64,000 nt of DNA from positions 79,590 through 143,589 of the forward strand of contig CAZWKA010000002.1 in assembly GCA_964634875.1 (NCBI GenBank), written 5' to 3'. A program made the position numbers and the translations under genes. Below, piece after piece: positions 49,870-59,025 of this stretch. Position 1 is the stretch's first letter, and each line of letters opens with the position of its first letter. The notes beneath the pieces are model-generated. The model had not been told where the DNA came from. It saw only the letters and a list, made by a program, of their open reading frames with translations, and ran no database searches. The stretch is from an uncultured Gammaproteobacteria bacterium. GTDB taxonomy: Bacteria > Patescibacteriota > Patescibacteriia > Magasanikbacterales > GWA2-37-8.

Positions 49870-52131
49870 TTAACGCAAATTATTTTCTTTAATAAAGTCA
49901 TCGGCTTCTTCGCGCAGGCTCGGTTCAATGGCGACAGCCCGCTCGGCGTATTCAAGGGCTCCTTTTTTATTGCCCGCCAAGGCATAGAGAGCGGCTAAAC
50001 GTACATACCAATTTGGATTTTCAGGTTCGGCAGCAATGAATTCCTGATAGAGCTCTGCCGCAGCAGAGTACTCCTTGGCAACAGTGAAGATGTCAATGAC
50101 GTACATTTTTTGGTCAGGGGGCAAGTAAAGCCCTAACCTGCGGGCTTCTTGTATTTCTACAATAGCTTCAGCGTGCTTGTCGGCCGCCTGATAGGTAAGA
50201 CCCAAAAACCAATGGCTGGTTGGATTGCTGGGGTCAGCCGCAAGCGCTGCCTGCTGGACCTTGATTGCCTGGGCGAAATCTTTTTTCAAAAGATATAAAC
50301 GTCCCAGAAGGAATAAAATATCTTGTTTGCGCGGCGAAATTTCAACTGCCCGTTTGAGCTCGGTTTCGGCCTGGTCCAAATACTCAACTTTCCCCTCTGT
50401 ACCCAGCACCGAATATATCTGCCCAGCCCAAGCTGGGTAGGCGATCGTCAACGGGTGCGCCACTCCTTCATCATGAAGGACATTGGCCACGGCCACAGCA
50501 TCGTCTTCAGCCGCTTGGGCAATAGGAACTCCACTTTTATCCAAAAGAACAAAACGCTCCGCTAAAAACACCCCTGTTTCAGCACGAAAAGCTACGGGTA
50601 CAGCAAGTGCTGCCCGACTTTCACGCGCCCATTCGCTAGGCGTAAAAGTTTTTTGAGCGTTCTTGAGGTGATATGATGCCTTAAGGGGCAAAAGACTACC
50701 CTTGTAGAGCACAGAAACAAGCACCAATACGCCAAAACCTGCTGCTATTTTTTGGTACCACAGACCACGGGGCACCACAACACCTTCCCCTACCCTATTG
50801 CCGTCGACACCGCTGCTGATGGCTGCTAATAAAAAGAAAAATAAGAGGAGTGAGTTATTCGTTTCAAATAGAAATATTTGCTGCACACCATACGCCACCA
50901 ACACGCCTGTAAAAATGATCGAAGCAGCACGTGTCTGAATGCTTTTTTCTGAATCAGTAGCATCGCTAAAAATGAAGGATGGTTTTTTTAGTACATACCA
51001 AAGCGCAGCAGCGTAAATTCCAAGATACGCAGCCAAACCTACAATACCAGCACTACCCGCAATCTCCAAAAACCAGTTATGCGGTTTATCCCATACAGTT
51101 TCGCTGAAAGAGTGCTTTAAAAAACCTGGATTATAATACTTGCTAAACACGGCTTCGTAACTACCAATCCCCGACCCAAGTAGCGGATGCTCCTTAATAC
51201 CTTGCAAGGCTATCTGCCAAGCCCATAAACGTGTTTCACCTGTACCGGCAGTAAAATTACTAACATTAAAAAAATGACTAATCGATGGCAAATTAATAAT
51301 CATCCACGGCGTACGGGCAACTACTACAAGTACTGCACCCATAATAATTATACCCGAAAGACTCAATCCGGCAATTATTTTTGTTTTCTTTTTCGCCGCT
51401 AGCAACAGCGCCGCCACAACTGCCGCTATGATCCCAAATCCAAAACCAATTACTGACCCACGGGATTGGGTAAAGACAAGCGTTATACAGAGTGCTACCA
51501 CCCCCATTCCACACAGTGCGATTTTCCAAAAATTGGTCGCCTTGCCTTTCCAAGCAGTTACCCCGGCCAGGAGCGGGAGCGCGATGGCAGGCACAAGATA
51601 CATAGACAGGAAGTTAGGATTACCCAAAATTCCTTGTAAACGCTTTTCACCACCAAGACCCCAACCCGCAGGTAAACTCTTTTGAAAAAAAGCAGTCAAG
51701 ATAATTAAAAACAATACGACAATACTAATTAGTAATGCCCGTTTCCATTCTAAACTGGTCCATGTTTTTTTTAATAGAAAATACCATATTCCAAAATGAA
51801 TCCACGTTAAGGCTCCATTCGCGCGAGCCTGGTCACCCCAAAAACTGAGTGCAGGATTATTTCCTAAAAGTGAAGTTACTACCAGAAGTCCTATAAAAAG
51901 CACCACAGCCACATCGAGCTTGTTGTGCCACCATGGCATTTTTTTTAAGGATGTTTTATTTTCATCAATGAGTACTCCAACTAACACCAACGCCAAACAC
52001 AAACCAACCAAAATCTGAAAAATCATTGTTTTGCCAAAATGGGGGGCAAAGGCTGTAAAAGGAGTATAGAGGAGTGGTATCAAGAGTGTCAGGTACAGCA
52101 AATTTTTTCGTAGAAAATACAAATACTTCAT
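49870..52131 (-). CDS. O-antigen ligase (Wzy_C) family protein with C-terminal TPRs, candidate O-oligosaccharyltransferase
   Basis: GILGNPNF, TQSRG, RLWAW, HPLLGSG, WDKPHN; several TPRs. Confidence 0.85.
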   Translation of the reverse strand: MKYLYFLRKNLLYLTLLIPLLYTPFTAFAPHFGKTMIFQILVGLCLALVLVGVLIDENKTSLKKMPWWHNKLDVAVVLFIGLLVVTSLLGNNPALSFWGDQARANGALTWIHFGIWYFLLKKTWTSLEWKRALLISIVVLFLIILTAFFQKSLPAGWGLGGEKRLQGILGNPNFLSMYLVPAIALPLLAGVTAWKGKATNFWKIALCGMGVVALCITLVFTQSRGSVIGFGFGIIAAVVAALLLAAKKKTKIIAGLSLSGIIIMGAVLVVVARTPWMIINLPSISHFFNVSNFTAGTGETRLWAWQIALQGIKEHPLLGSGIGSYEAVFSKYYNPGFLKHSFSETVWDKPHNWFLEIAGSAGIVGLAAYLGIYAAALWYVLKKPSFIFSDATDSEKSIQTRAASIIFTGVLVAYGVQQIFLFETNNSLLLFFFLLAAISSGVDGNRVGEGVVVPRGLWYQKIAAGFGVLVLVSVLYKGSLLPLKASYHLKNAQKTFTPSEWARESRAALAVPVAFRAETGVFLAERFVLLDKSGVPIAQAAEDDAVAVANVLHDEGVAHPLTIAYPAWAGQIYSVLGTEGKVEYLDQAETELKRAVEISPRKQDILFLLGRLYLLKKDFAQAIKVQQAALAADPSNPTSHWFLGLTYQAADKHAEAIVEIQEARRLGLYLPPDQKMYVIDIFTVAKEYSAAAELYQEFIAAEPENPNWYVRLAALYALAGNKKGALEYAERAVAIEPSLREEADDFIKENNLR

Positions 52132-52187
52132 AGTCACTCACGTATTATTTTACTTATATATCTTGCTTATTGTAACAATCTCAGTAT

Positions 52188-52229
52188 AAAAAAACAACCC
52201 CCCGAACAAGTTCGAGGGGTGTGTTTTTT
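52188..52229 (-). terminator. Intrinsic terminator after the S-layer-like gene
   Basis: CCCC.CGAAC/GTTCG.GGGG stem flanked by A/T tracts. Confidence 0.7.
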
Positions 52230-52266
52230 GGGTTATGAGCTACCCTAAAACTAAATCCTAAAGGCT

Positions 52267-55200
52267 TTAGTAGGTGAAGGTCTTGTATTGCAATGGCAAG
52301 TCAAGGCCCATAGCTGTTAAGCCAGTAGAGACGCCATCCGACCATACGATACCGCCGTTAGGAATGCGGATCGAAAGGGACTTGGATTGAGCAGCGTCGC
52401 TGGTGTCTAAGGTCACGAAGAAAGTCTTCGAGGAACCAGACGAGATGCTGACATCAGTGAAGTTAGCATCGACGATAGTTGTAGCGCCGCTGATGGTTGG
52501 CATACCAGAACCATTGCTGTTGAAGTTTGTCGTAGCCAAGGCAGTCGTGTTAAGAGAGTCTTTGTAGACAGTCAAAGCACGGGCAGTGTTAAGACCGCCA
52601 GCCTGTGAAATGGTAGAGGACAATTCAAAGTTAATATGGCTAATGGTAGCTGTGTAGTTCCCAGCGTTTGCTAAGTTCGTAACAACAAACTTGCCAATCG
52701 TTTGGGCTGCAGCAGGAGAACCGGCTCCGTTAGGGGAATCGGAAGACCAGGCAGTTGTCAACTTAGCGCGGTACAAGGTAGTTGTAGCAGCGTAAGCAAC
52801 GCGGTTGGTGTTGAACGAGCCAGTGTTAACCTGGAAGATCTTAGTGCCAGAGTCAATGACGTCTGGGGTAATGACCGTACCAGATGAACCACCTGTAGAA
52901 GTAATTGAGAGGCTGTCGCCACTGTAATACTTCGCGAGGGCAAGGTTAACAACCTGGCCGGTGGTGGTAAGACCACTGTCATCGTACGTAACGATATCAG
53001 CTACAACCTGGAGAACTTTGGAAGCGCCTTTCGGTACTTGGAAAGTAAGATTGCTGAAGGTAGCGTGTACGAGGGTGGAGGTAGCACTACTGCTGTCAAA
53101 GGAAGGTACTGTTGTACCAATCTGTTGACCATTGTCATTGTCGATAAGTTTGATGTTGCGGAGTGTACCGGTAGCACCAGAACTTACGCGATTGCTGACA
53201 ACTAACTGAGTGATGTTGATCGGCTCAGTTGAAGAAGCAGTGACATTAAATTTACCAAGTAACTGACCAGTAGCACCCATCAAGTAGTTGGTGGTAACTG
53301 GAGTATCGGAATCGATAGCTACAGTGTAAGCACCAGCTGTTGAGACGTAGTTGTTCTGGAGAGAAACGGTAGGAGTTGTGTAGCTGGCGCTGCTGCCGGT
53401 TTTAACACCAGTTGCAGTTACAGCACTAACCTTGATCAAGTTTGAGCCACCAGTGTAGGCAGCCTTGAGGTCAGCGTAGATACCAACAGCGTACTGAGAA
53501 CCGTTAACAACGCGGATAGCCGGGGAGATGTTAAAGGTGTAGGTGTTGGCAGGATTACAGGAAGTAGCCTGTGGATTTGGGTAGGTTTGACCAAGTTGTT
53601 TGCCAGCGGCATCCTTCAAGGTCAAATTTTGCATCGTAGCACCGATACAGACAGTAGCGGTCTCAGTCAAAGTGACTTGAGAAACGTCAACGTCTTCTCC
53701 AGCTCCAGCGGTAATGATGAAAGAACCAACTTTAGCTTGAGTAGCGTTTACTGTTCCGTTCGGGTTGGTAGATGATTTGTCACCAAAGGAAGTGTCCTTG
53801 GTAACACTAACCGTACCAGATTTTACCGTTACAGTGTTGGCATTCTGTTCAACAGTCGAAAGCGAGCTGAGGGAAATAACGCCCTGAGCATTGCTCGATC
53901 CATCGTCCAAACCAACAGTGATAGTGTCGTTAGCTGCAATCGTAGCGTCTGTGGTGTCTGCAGTTACAGTAACGGTCGCAGTGGTGCCAGCTTTAATGAT
54001 AAAGCTACTACCAAAGGTACCGAAACCAGTGTTGGCAACGCCATTACCAGTCAAGCTAGTGATAGTCGTACCAACCTGAGATCCGTCAACTAACAAACGA
54101 ACGTTTGATAATTTATCGGTGTTTACAGCGGTAATAGTAGAAGAAACGCTGAGGCTTGATACCTTAACATCTTCACCATTGGCTTTCCAAAGCCACTTAC
54201 CGAGGGTTACGTTAGTAGCCGCGTCAGCAATGTTGCCAGTTGGAGAGTCGGAAGCGAGAGTCTGAGTGAGCGATCCAGTGTTAACACTGTAGTTCACTGC
54301 AGTTCCTGCTGAGTTTGGTTCAATGATATTGAAGCTGTCAGTACCATTGGCTTTCAAGAAGACATTGTATCCACGGTCGTAGACAACGATGTCAGAAGAG
54401 TTCTGCAAGGTAGCGCGGAATTGGCGGTTAGTACCGGCAACAACGTCAGCCTTGAGGCTCAAAATCTTGGTTTGTCCTTTGGTAATAACATATGGAGCTG
54501 CTGACCAGTCGAACCAGACAGTTTTGTCTGAGCTCATGTCAGCAACGGTTGAACCGATCTGGGTTGCACCGTCCCAAAGAGAGAAATTCTTGAGGTCACC
54601 AACGTTGACTGAGCCAACGATCGTGAAGTTCAATTTGCGAATTTCAGTATCCTGAGCAGTGTTTTGAACCTGGATTCTCCAGATTTCGTATCCAGTTGTA
54701 CCAGGATCTACCGTTGCGTTAGCAGATGGAGCAGAGCTGGTGAAAGCAAGTTTACCAAGATCCGTTACCGAAGCTGTAGTAAACATGTTGCTGGACAATG
54801 GGAAGCTTCCACTTACAGTACCAGAGGTAGTGATAATGGAAGAAGCAGCCTGGACAGAGAATCCAATCGTCTTACCAGAGGTAACGGCGGTTTTGAGATC
54901 CATCTTGACCCATACTGGCTTAACAGTTCCGCGGCTTACGGTGAAAAGACCGGAAGAGTTGGAGAAAGTTACTAAACCATTGGAAATGCTTGGATTTGAT
55001 CCAACTTTAACACCCATGTCATCGTAGAGGTACAAGTTGCTGATATCGGTATCAGCAGAAATACCTGTTCTCTTCAATTGAACAGAGGTAACTTTTACAT
55101 CTCCATCGTTACCGGCGGAGAAGTTCAATTTTAAGACTGGGATTTGTCCCTGAGCACCATTGGTGGTATCAGAAACGATCGTGGTAGCAAAAGGGTTGTC

Positions 55201-55992
55201 ACTCGCAAGTGAAACACTAAGGCTTCCATTTTGAGTTGGGCTTGGGTTGCCAACTACACCACCGCTCTGAGTCTTGTCCGTGAGGGCTTTGACTTCAGCA
55301 GTGATAGCTACGTCGGTCATCAAACCAGCAACCGCACTGTCTGAGACAGCGTGGACAAACTTAGTCTGGAAACCGTTAGCTGTCATACCAGTGGAAGTTA
55401 CTTCTTGCAACTTACCATCTTTGTTGACATACCAAGTTTTGCCGCCGTTTGAGACGAGCATACCTGGGTGTACTTTAGCTTCAGTTACGTCTGCACCGCG
55501 CTGGGTGTAATGTGGCCAGAAAGCATCGTCAACGACCATAACTTTGTAGTTAGTGCCGTAGAGAGCTTTGGCTGCATCAGCCGTAATTTTTGACAAGGTG
55601 TTGCCCGGTAATACAACGTAGAGTTGGTCGGAAGAAGGGCGCTTCACGACATAGGAACCTGGTTGGTAGTTAACTGCACCAGGGTAGGTACTAGGTACCG
55701 ACAAAGAGTCGAAACAAGCCTGATCGATAGAAACATATCCACCGTAGGTTGGTCTCCAGCTCTTGAAAACGTCACCATTTGGGAAGTAAAGGACTTTGAG
55801 GTCGTTGTTAACAGCGTAAATAGCTGGTTTGCCAGTTACTTTAAGCATGTCGCCAGCGTTCAATGTAGGACATACAGCTGCCTGAGCGGCGAGCGGTAAA
55901 AGCGCAGCATTGAGACCGGAGAAGACTACGGTAACAGCAACGGAAACGACGACGTTCACAATCTTTCTTCCGAGTTTTTTTACATCGTTCAT
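52267..55992 (-). CDS. Large secreted Thr/Ser-rich beta-sandwich-repeat protein, candidate S-layer/major surface protein
   Basis: Signal peptide ending AQA, three N-terminal repeats, recurring GSLxVxLASDxP modules, biased codon usage, own terminator. Confidence 0.65.
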   Translation of the reverse strand: MNDVKKLGRKIVNVVVSVAVTVVFSGLNAALLPLAAQAAVCPTLNAGDMLKVTGKPAIYAVNNDLKVLYFPNGDVFKSWRPTYGGYVSIDQACFDSLSVPSTYPGAVNYQPGSYVVKRPSSDQLYVVLPGNTLSKITADAAKALYGTNYKVMVVDDAFWPHYTQRGADVTEAKVHPGMLVSNGGKTWYVNKDGKLQEVTSTGMTANGFQTKFVHAVSDSAVAGLMTDVAITAEVKALTDKTQSGGVVGNPSPTQNGSLSVSLASDNPFATTIVSDTTNGAQGQIPVLKLNFSAGNDGDVKVTSVQLKRTGISADTDISNLYLYDDMGVKVGSNPSISNGLVTFSNSSGLFTVSRGTVKPVWVKMDLKTAVTSGKTIGFSVQAASSIITTSGTVSGSFPLSSNMFTTASVTDLGKLAFTSSAPSANATVDPGTTGYEIWRIQVQNTAQDTEIRKLNFTIVGSVNVGDLKNFSLWDGATQIGSTVADMSSDKTVWFDWSAAPYVITKGQTKILSLKADVVAGTNRQFRATLQNSSDIVVYDRGYNVFLKANGTDSFNIIEPNSAGTAVNYSVNTGSLTQTLASDSPTGNIADAATNVTLGKWLWKANGEDVKVSSLSVSSTITAVNTDKLSNVRLLVDGSQVGTTITSLTGNGVANTGFGTFGSSFIIKAGTTATVTVTADTTDATIAANDTITVGLDDGSSNAQGVISLSSLSTVEQNANTVTVKSGTVSVTKDTSFGDKSSTNPNGTVNATQAKVGSFIITAGAGEDVDVSQVTLTETATVCIGATMQNLTLKDAAGKQLGQTYPNPQATSCNPANTYTFNISPAIRVVNGSQYAVGIYADLKAAYTGGSNLIKVSAVTATGVKTGSSASYTTPTVSLQNNYVSTAGAYTVAIDSDTPVTTNYLMGATGQLLGKFNVTASSTEPINITQLVVSNRVSSGATGTLRNIKLIDNDNGQQIGTTVPSFDSSSATSTLVHATFSNLTFQVPKGASKVLQVVADIVTYDDSGLTTTGQVVNLALAKYYSGDSLSITSTGGSSGTVITPDVIDSGTKIFQVNTGSFNTNRVAYAATTTLYRAKLTTAWSSDSPNGAGSPAAAQTIGKFVVTNLANAGNYTATISHINFELSSTISQAGGLNTARALTVYKDSLNTTALATTNFNSNGSGMPTISGATTIVDANFTDVSISSGSSKTFFVTLDTSDAAQSKSLSIRIPNGGIVWSDGVSTGLTAMGLDLPLQYKTFTY

Positions 55993-56219
55993 AATAAATA
56001 ATTTAATTCCTTACCCACCTGCGCCCCGCCTAAACGGAGTCAGATGAACTAAGGTTCTCCCGATACACACACCACTGCGGTGAACATAGAGCGGGATACA
56101 ATGATCAGGCAAGCCCGTATGGGCTTTCGACCTAGGCACTGACCTTTTTCAAAACTAATTCTCTCCCCCATTCTTTTTACCAAAGCGTATCTTGGTAAAA
56201 AGTAGGGAGAGAGTAATTT

Positions 56220-57563
56220 TTATTTTAACGAACTTGAGCTTGCTGTACTGGTTATCACTGCAGCCGTCCCTGAAACCATTACGACAATTGGTTTTTGATC
56301 CGGGGTTGTTGTTACAACTACCATCACTGTTCCGGTTGAGGCAGAGAGTGATGCGTCGTTTTGATCCTTAATGACCTGAACTATTGGTAACACTGTTTTT
56401 ACTTTAGCTAGTGTTGTGTCGGAAATTTTTTCTGCTGCTTTGCTAGCTTCAGTCACCTGTTTTATAGCTTCTACCGCTCGAGTAAGGTCGCCGGTTGCAA
56501 TCAGGGCTTTCGCTTCGGTAATTGTCTTGTCTACCTGGAGGGAAACAGCATCGGTCTTAAACGCTGCGTCTTTTGTTTCAGCAGCGACACTAGAGATGGT
56601 TTCATTAAAGCCTTTGGTAGAGGTGGCCAGAGCTCCGGCTGTTTTACTGTTAACGCCAGTGGTTAAATCTTTCACTTCATTCTTTACTACTTCGACAATA
56701 TTCTTTACACCATCGACATGACCTTTAGAGCCACCAATATCGCTGGCAGCAGTATCAAGTGCACTCGTTATAATACCGTTAACCGCTTCTTTAGAGATGC
56801 TGTGATCATCGGCCAAATGTTTGGCAATAACTACTTCAATCGTTTTTACTCCAGTATCTTTGGCGAGATCCTTAGCAACACTTACTTCTTTTGACAGGTC
56901 ACTGTCAGCAGTTGTCGCGCTCGTCTGCAAATTATCTTTTACTTCCTGGAGGGCGACTTTGATGTTGTCAGTATTTTCTTGGATCGTAGTAACCACTTGT
57001 GGCAAGAGCGTTTGAGTGGAAGAGTTTTTGATGCTTTCTAAATTCTTATTAACATTTTCAAGTTCATTTTTAAGGTCGGAGACTGTTTCAGCAATATGAA
57101 ATTTCTTGTCTGGATTGTTAACAATCTGCTTGGCTTCCTCTGCGCGGCGACCTGCCAATTCAAGACTAAATTTTGCTTGGTCATTGGAAGTGCCGACCAA
57201 GGCAACGCGTGTTTTTTCTACCGCCTCAAAAGCACGCTTGACCGGATAGAGCACCTGGTCCCCAGGAAGCGCGTCGTTTGAAGCGTTGGCGCTAAAGGCA
57301 TAACTGCTGGTCGCGAGCACTGCCACCATAACAACCCCCACTACCGGACGGACAAAGTTATAAACAAAGGCACGGGGGAAAAAAATAGACAAAGCCGACC
57401 ATACCCGTTCAAGCCTGACAGCCGCAGTGGTTTCCCCGGAGTTCGATACGGTATTTTTTACCTGAGACAAAAGAAGCGCGCGGTTATTCTTTACCCATTC
57501 CTCGCGCGGATTGATATCGGCATGCCGGATCTTTTTAAGTTGTCGGATCAATTCAGTTTCCAT
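56220..57563 (-). CDS. Single-TM DUF5667-like protein, candidate anti-sigma factor
   Basis: Directly after ECF sigma; cytoplasmic N-terminus, TM, ALPGDQVLYPVKRAFE...RRAEE motif, helical extracellular part. Confidence 0.65.
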   Translation of the reverse strand: METELIRQLKKIRHADINPREEWVKNNRALLLSQVKNTVSNSGETTAAVRLERVWSALSIFFPRAFVYNFVRPVVGVVMVAVLATSSYAFSANASNDALPGDQVLYPVKRAFEAVEKTRVALVGTSNDQAKFSLELAGRRAEEAKQIVNNPDKKFHIAETVSDLKNELENVNKNLESIKNSSTQTLLPQVVTTIQENTDNIKVALQEVKDNLQTSATTADSDLSKEVSVAKDLAKDTGVKTIEVVIAKHLADDHSISKEAVNGIITSALDTAASDIGGSKGHVDGVKNIVEVVKNEVKDLTTGVNSKTAGALATSTKGFNETISSVAAETKDAAFKTDAVSLQVDKTITEAKALIATGDLTRAVEAIKQVTEASKAAEKISDTTLAKVKTVLPIVQVIKDQNDASLSASTGTVMVVVTTTPDQKPIVVMVSGTAAVITSTASSSSLK

Positions 57564-57569
57564 ACCTTA

Positions 57570-58106
57570 TTATTGTTTGGCAATTTCTTTTAATTTTTTG
57601 AGGGCGCGGTGAAGCGTTACACGGACGGCGATCGCACCTTTGCCGGTGATCTCTCCAATTTCATCCATTTCAAGTTCATCAACAAACCGCAGTATTATTA
57701 TTTCTTGATATTCTTGTTTCAATTTTTTAAGTGCCTGGACCAGTTTTTCATTTTCAATCTTAATCTCTAATTTTTCGTGCCACGCCCCCCTATCACCAAC
57801 TTCCGTTTCTTCGTTGAGGAGCAAGGGTTCTTTGGCCCGGCTGCGATACAAGTCTATAATTGATGTCCGGGCAACGCGGTACAAAAGTCCGCTAAAACTT
57901 TTTACTTCCTTATTTTCGCGGAGATAATTCCAGGTTTTAAGGAACACATCAGCGGTAACATCTTCGGCTTCTTCTCTTGAGCTAACTTTAAAATAAACAA
58001 AACGGTAGATTTGTTTAACATAAACATCGTACAACTGGCCAAAAGCTTCTGGGTCTTGTTTGGCCTGGATACGATACAGTAGCAGCTTTTCAGAGATCTT
58101 GTTCAT
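57570..58106 (-). CDS. ECF sigma-70 family RNA polymerase sigma factor
   Basis: AFGQLYD, AEDVTADVFLKTW, LYRVART, region 4 EIGEITGK..VRVTLHRALKKL. Confidence 0.92.
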   Translation of the reverse strand: MNKISEKLLLYRIQAKQDPEAFGQLYDVYVKQIYRFVYFKVSSREEAEDVTADVFLKTWNYLRENKEVKSFSGLLYRVARTSIIDLYRSRAKEPLLLNEETEVGDRGAWHEKLEIKIENEKLVQALKKLKQEYQEIIILRFVDELEMDEIGEITGKGAIAVRVTLHRALKKLKEIAKQ

Positions 58107-58356
58107 TAATGAAGACGCCAAAAATAAAAAAATGTTACACTTCAGAAACATTCTCTCACGAACTTCTATATTCTATAGCTGTAATAAGCATTTTTGAACT
58201 TCCTTAAGCACCTCTGGGGCTTCTTAAACTACTCCTTAAAATACCAAAAAAACGCCTTAACGTCAAATAATACCCCCCTTTTTAAAACCCTCAAGATCAT
58301 TGCTTCTGTAACGCGCTTCTTAGGACGCCGGTCAAGAAAGCTTTTCTTTTTATTAT

Positions 58357-58536
58357 TTGTATATACTATCCTATACAAATAATAATTTTTGAACGTAGGG
58401 CTAAAATAAGGTCATTTTTTGATTATTTGTATACACAAGTGTATACAATCATAACAAAATACAGCACTCTTTTTAGGCCTAAGTATTGACAAAACAATCA
58501 AAATATGGTACCATTTGTCTAGACTACTTTATACAA
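58357..58536. promoter_or_regulatory. Three palindromic operator-like boxes TTGTATA-N8-TATACAA
   Basis: 58357-58378 and 58427-58448 (perfect), 58515-58536 (one mismatch). Confidence 0.75.
58486..58514 (+). promoter_or_regulatory. sigma70 promoter of HTH gene
   Basis: TTGACA-N17-TACCAT with TG extended -10. Confidence 0.7.
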
Positions 58537-58541
58537 ACATT

Positions 58542-58919
58542 ATGAATCCTCCGGCCAAGTCCGTGGAATCAAAAGAAATGATACGTGTTTCGATCTCAGA
58601 GGCGGCCCGACTTTTTGGGGTTAACACCCAAACAATTCGCAGAGCCATTAAAGCCCAAGAAATTACCTACGTCATAGTAGGCGGGCGCTACAAGCTTAAC
58701 TTTGAAAATCTTGTTAAATGGTCCCAACGCCACATTACGATTCAGAACAAGCTGGCAAAAAAAGGTATCGGGCAATTTGTAGATAAATGGAAAATTAAAA
58801 ACCCTCTTTTTTCCCCCAATCCCAAATCAATCAGCAAGCCAGGGAGCGAACCTAAAGAAGAGGCACCACTCCTCACCCCTCCTTCAGCTATCACCCCAAG
58901 CTCTTCAAAAAATCCCTAA
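58542..58919 (+). CDS. Excisionase/MerR-like (HTH_17) DNA-binding protein
   Basis: VSISEAARLFGVNTQTIRRAIK....I.Y..GGRYKL winged HTH. Confidence 0.8.
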   Translation: MNPPAKSVESKEMIRVSISEAARLFGVNTQTIRRAIKAQEITYVIVGGRYKLNFENLVKWSQRHITIQNKLAKKGIGQFVDKWKIKNPLFSPNPKSISKPGSEPKEEAPLLTPPSAITPSSSKNP

Positions 58920-58935
58920 TGCAAGGGATTTTTTG
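58906..58935 (+). terminator. Intrinsic terminator after HTH gene
   Basis: CAAAAAATCCCT...AGGGATTTTTTG. Confidence 0.7.
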
Positions 58936-58936
58936 T

Positions 58937-58966
58937 TTGACAAAATGGGGTTTTAAGGACTATACT
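58937..58966 (+). promoter_or_regulatory. Putative sigma70 promoter
   Basis: TTGACA-N18-TATACT. Confidence 0.6.
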
Positions 58967-59025
58967 GGAAACAACAAAATCAAAATGTAAGCTTGCCGAC
59001 CTTGTGATTTGAAATTTTAAAAAGT

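Noticed and set aside
45875-52131. LPS O-antigen ligases (waaL)
   Set aside because: No lipid A/core genes in the window; TPR tails and the S-layer-like neighbour favour protein glycosylation
58542-58919. Prophage/ICE excisionase
   Set aside because: No integrase, att repeats or phage genes nearby; looks like a stand-alone regulator
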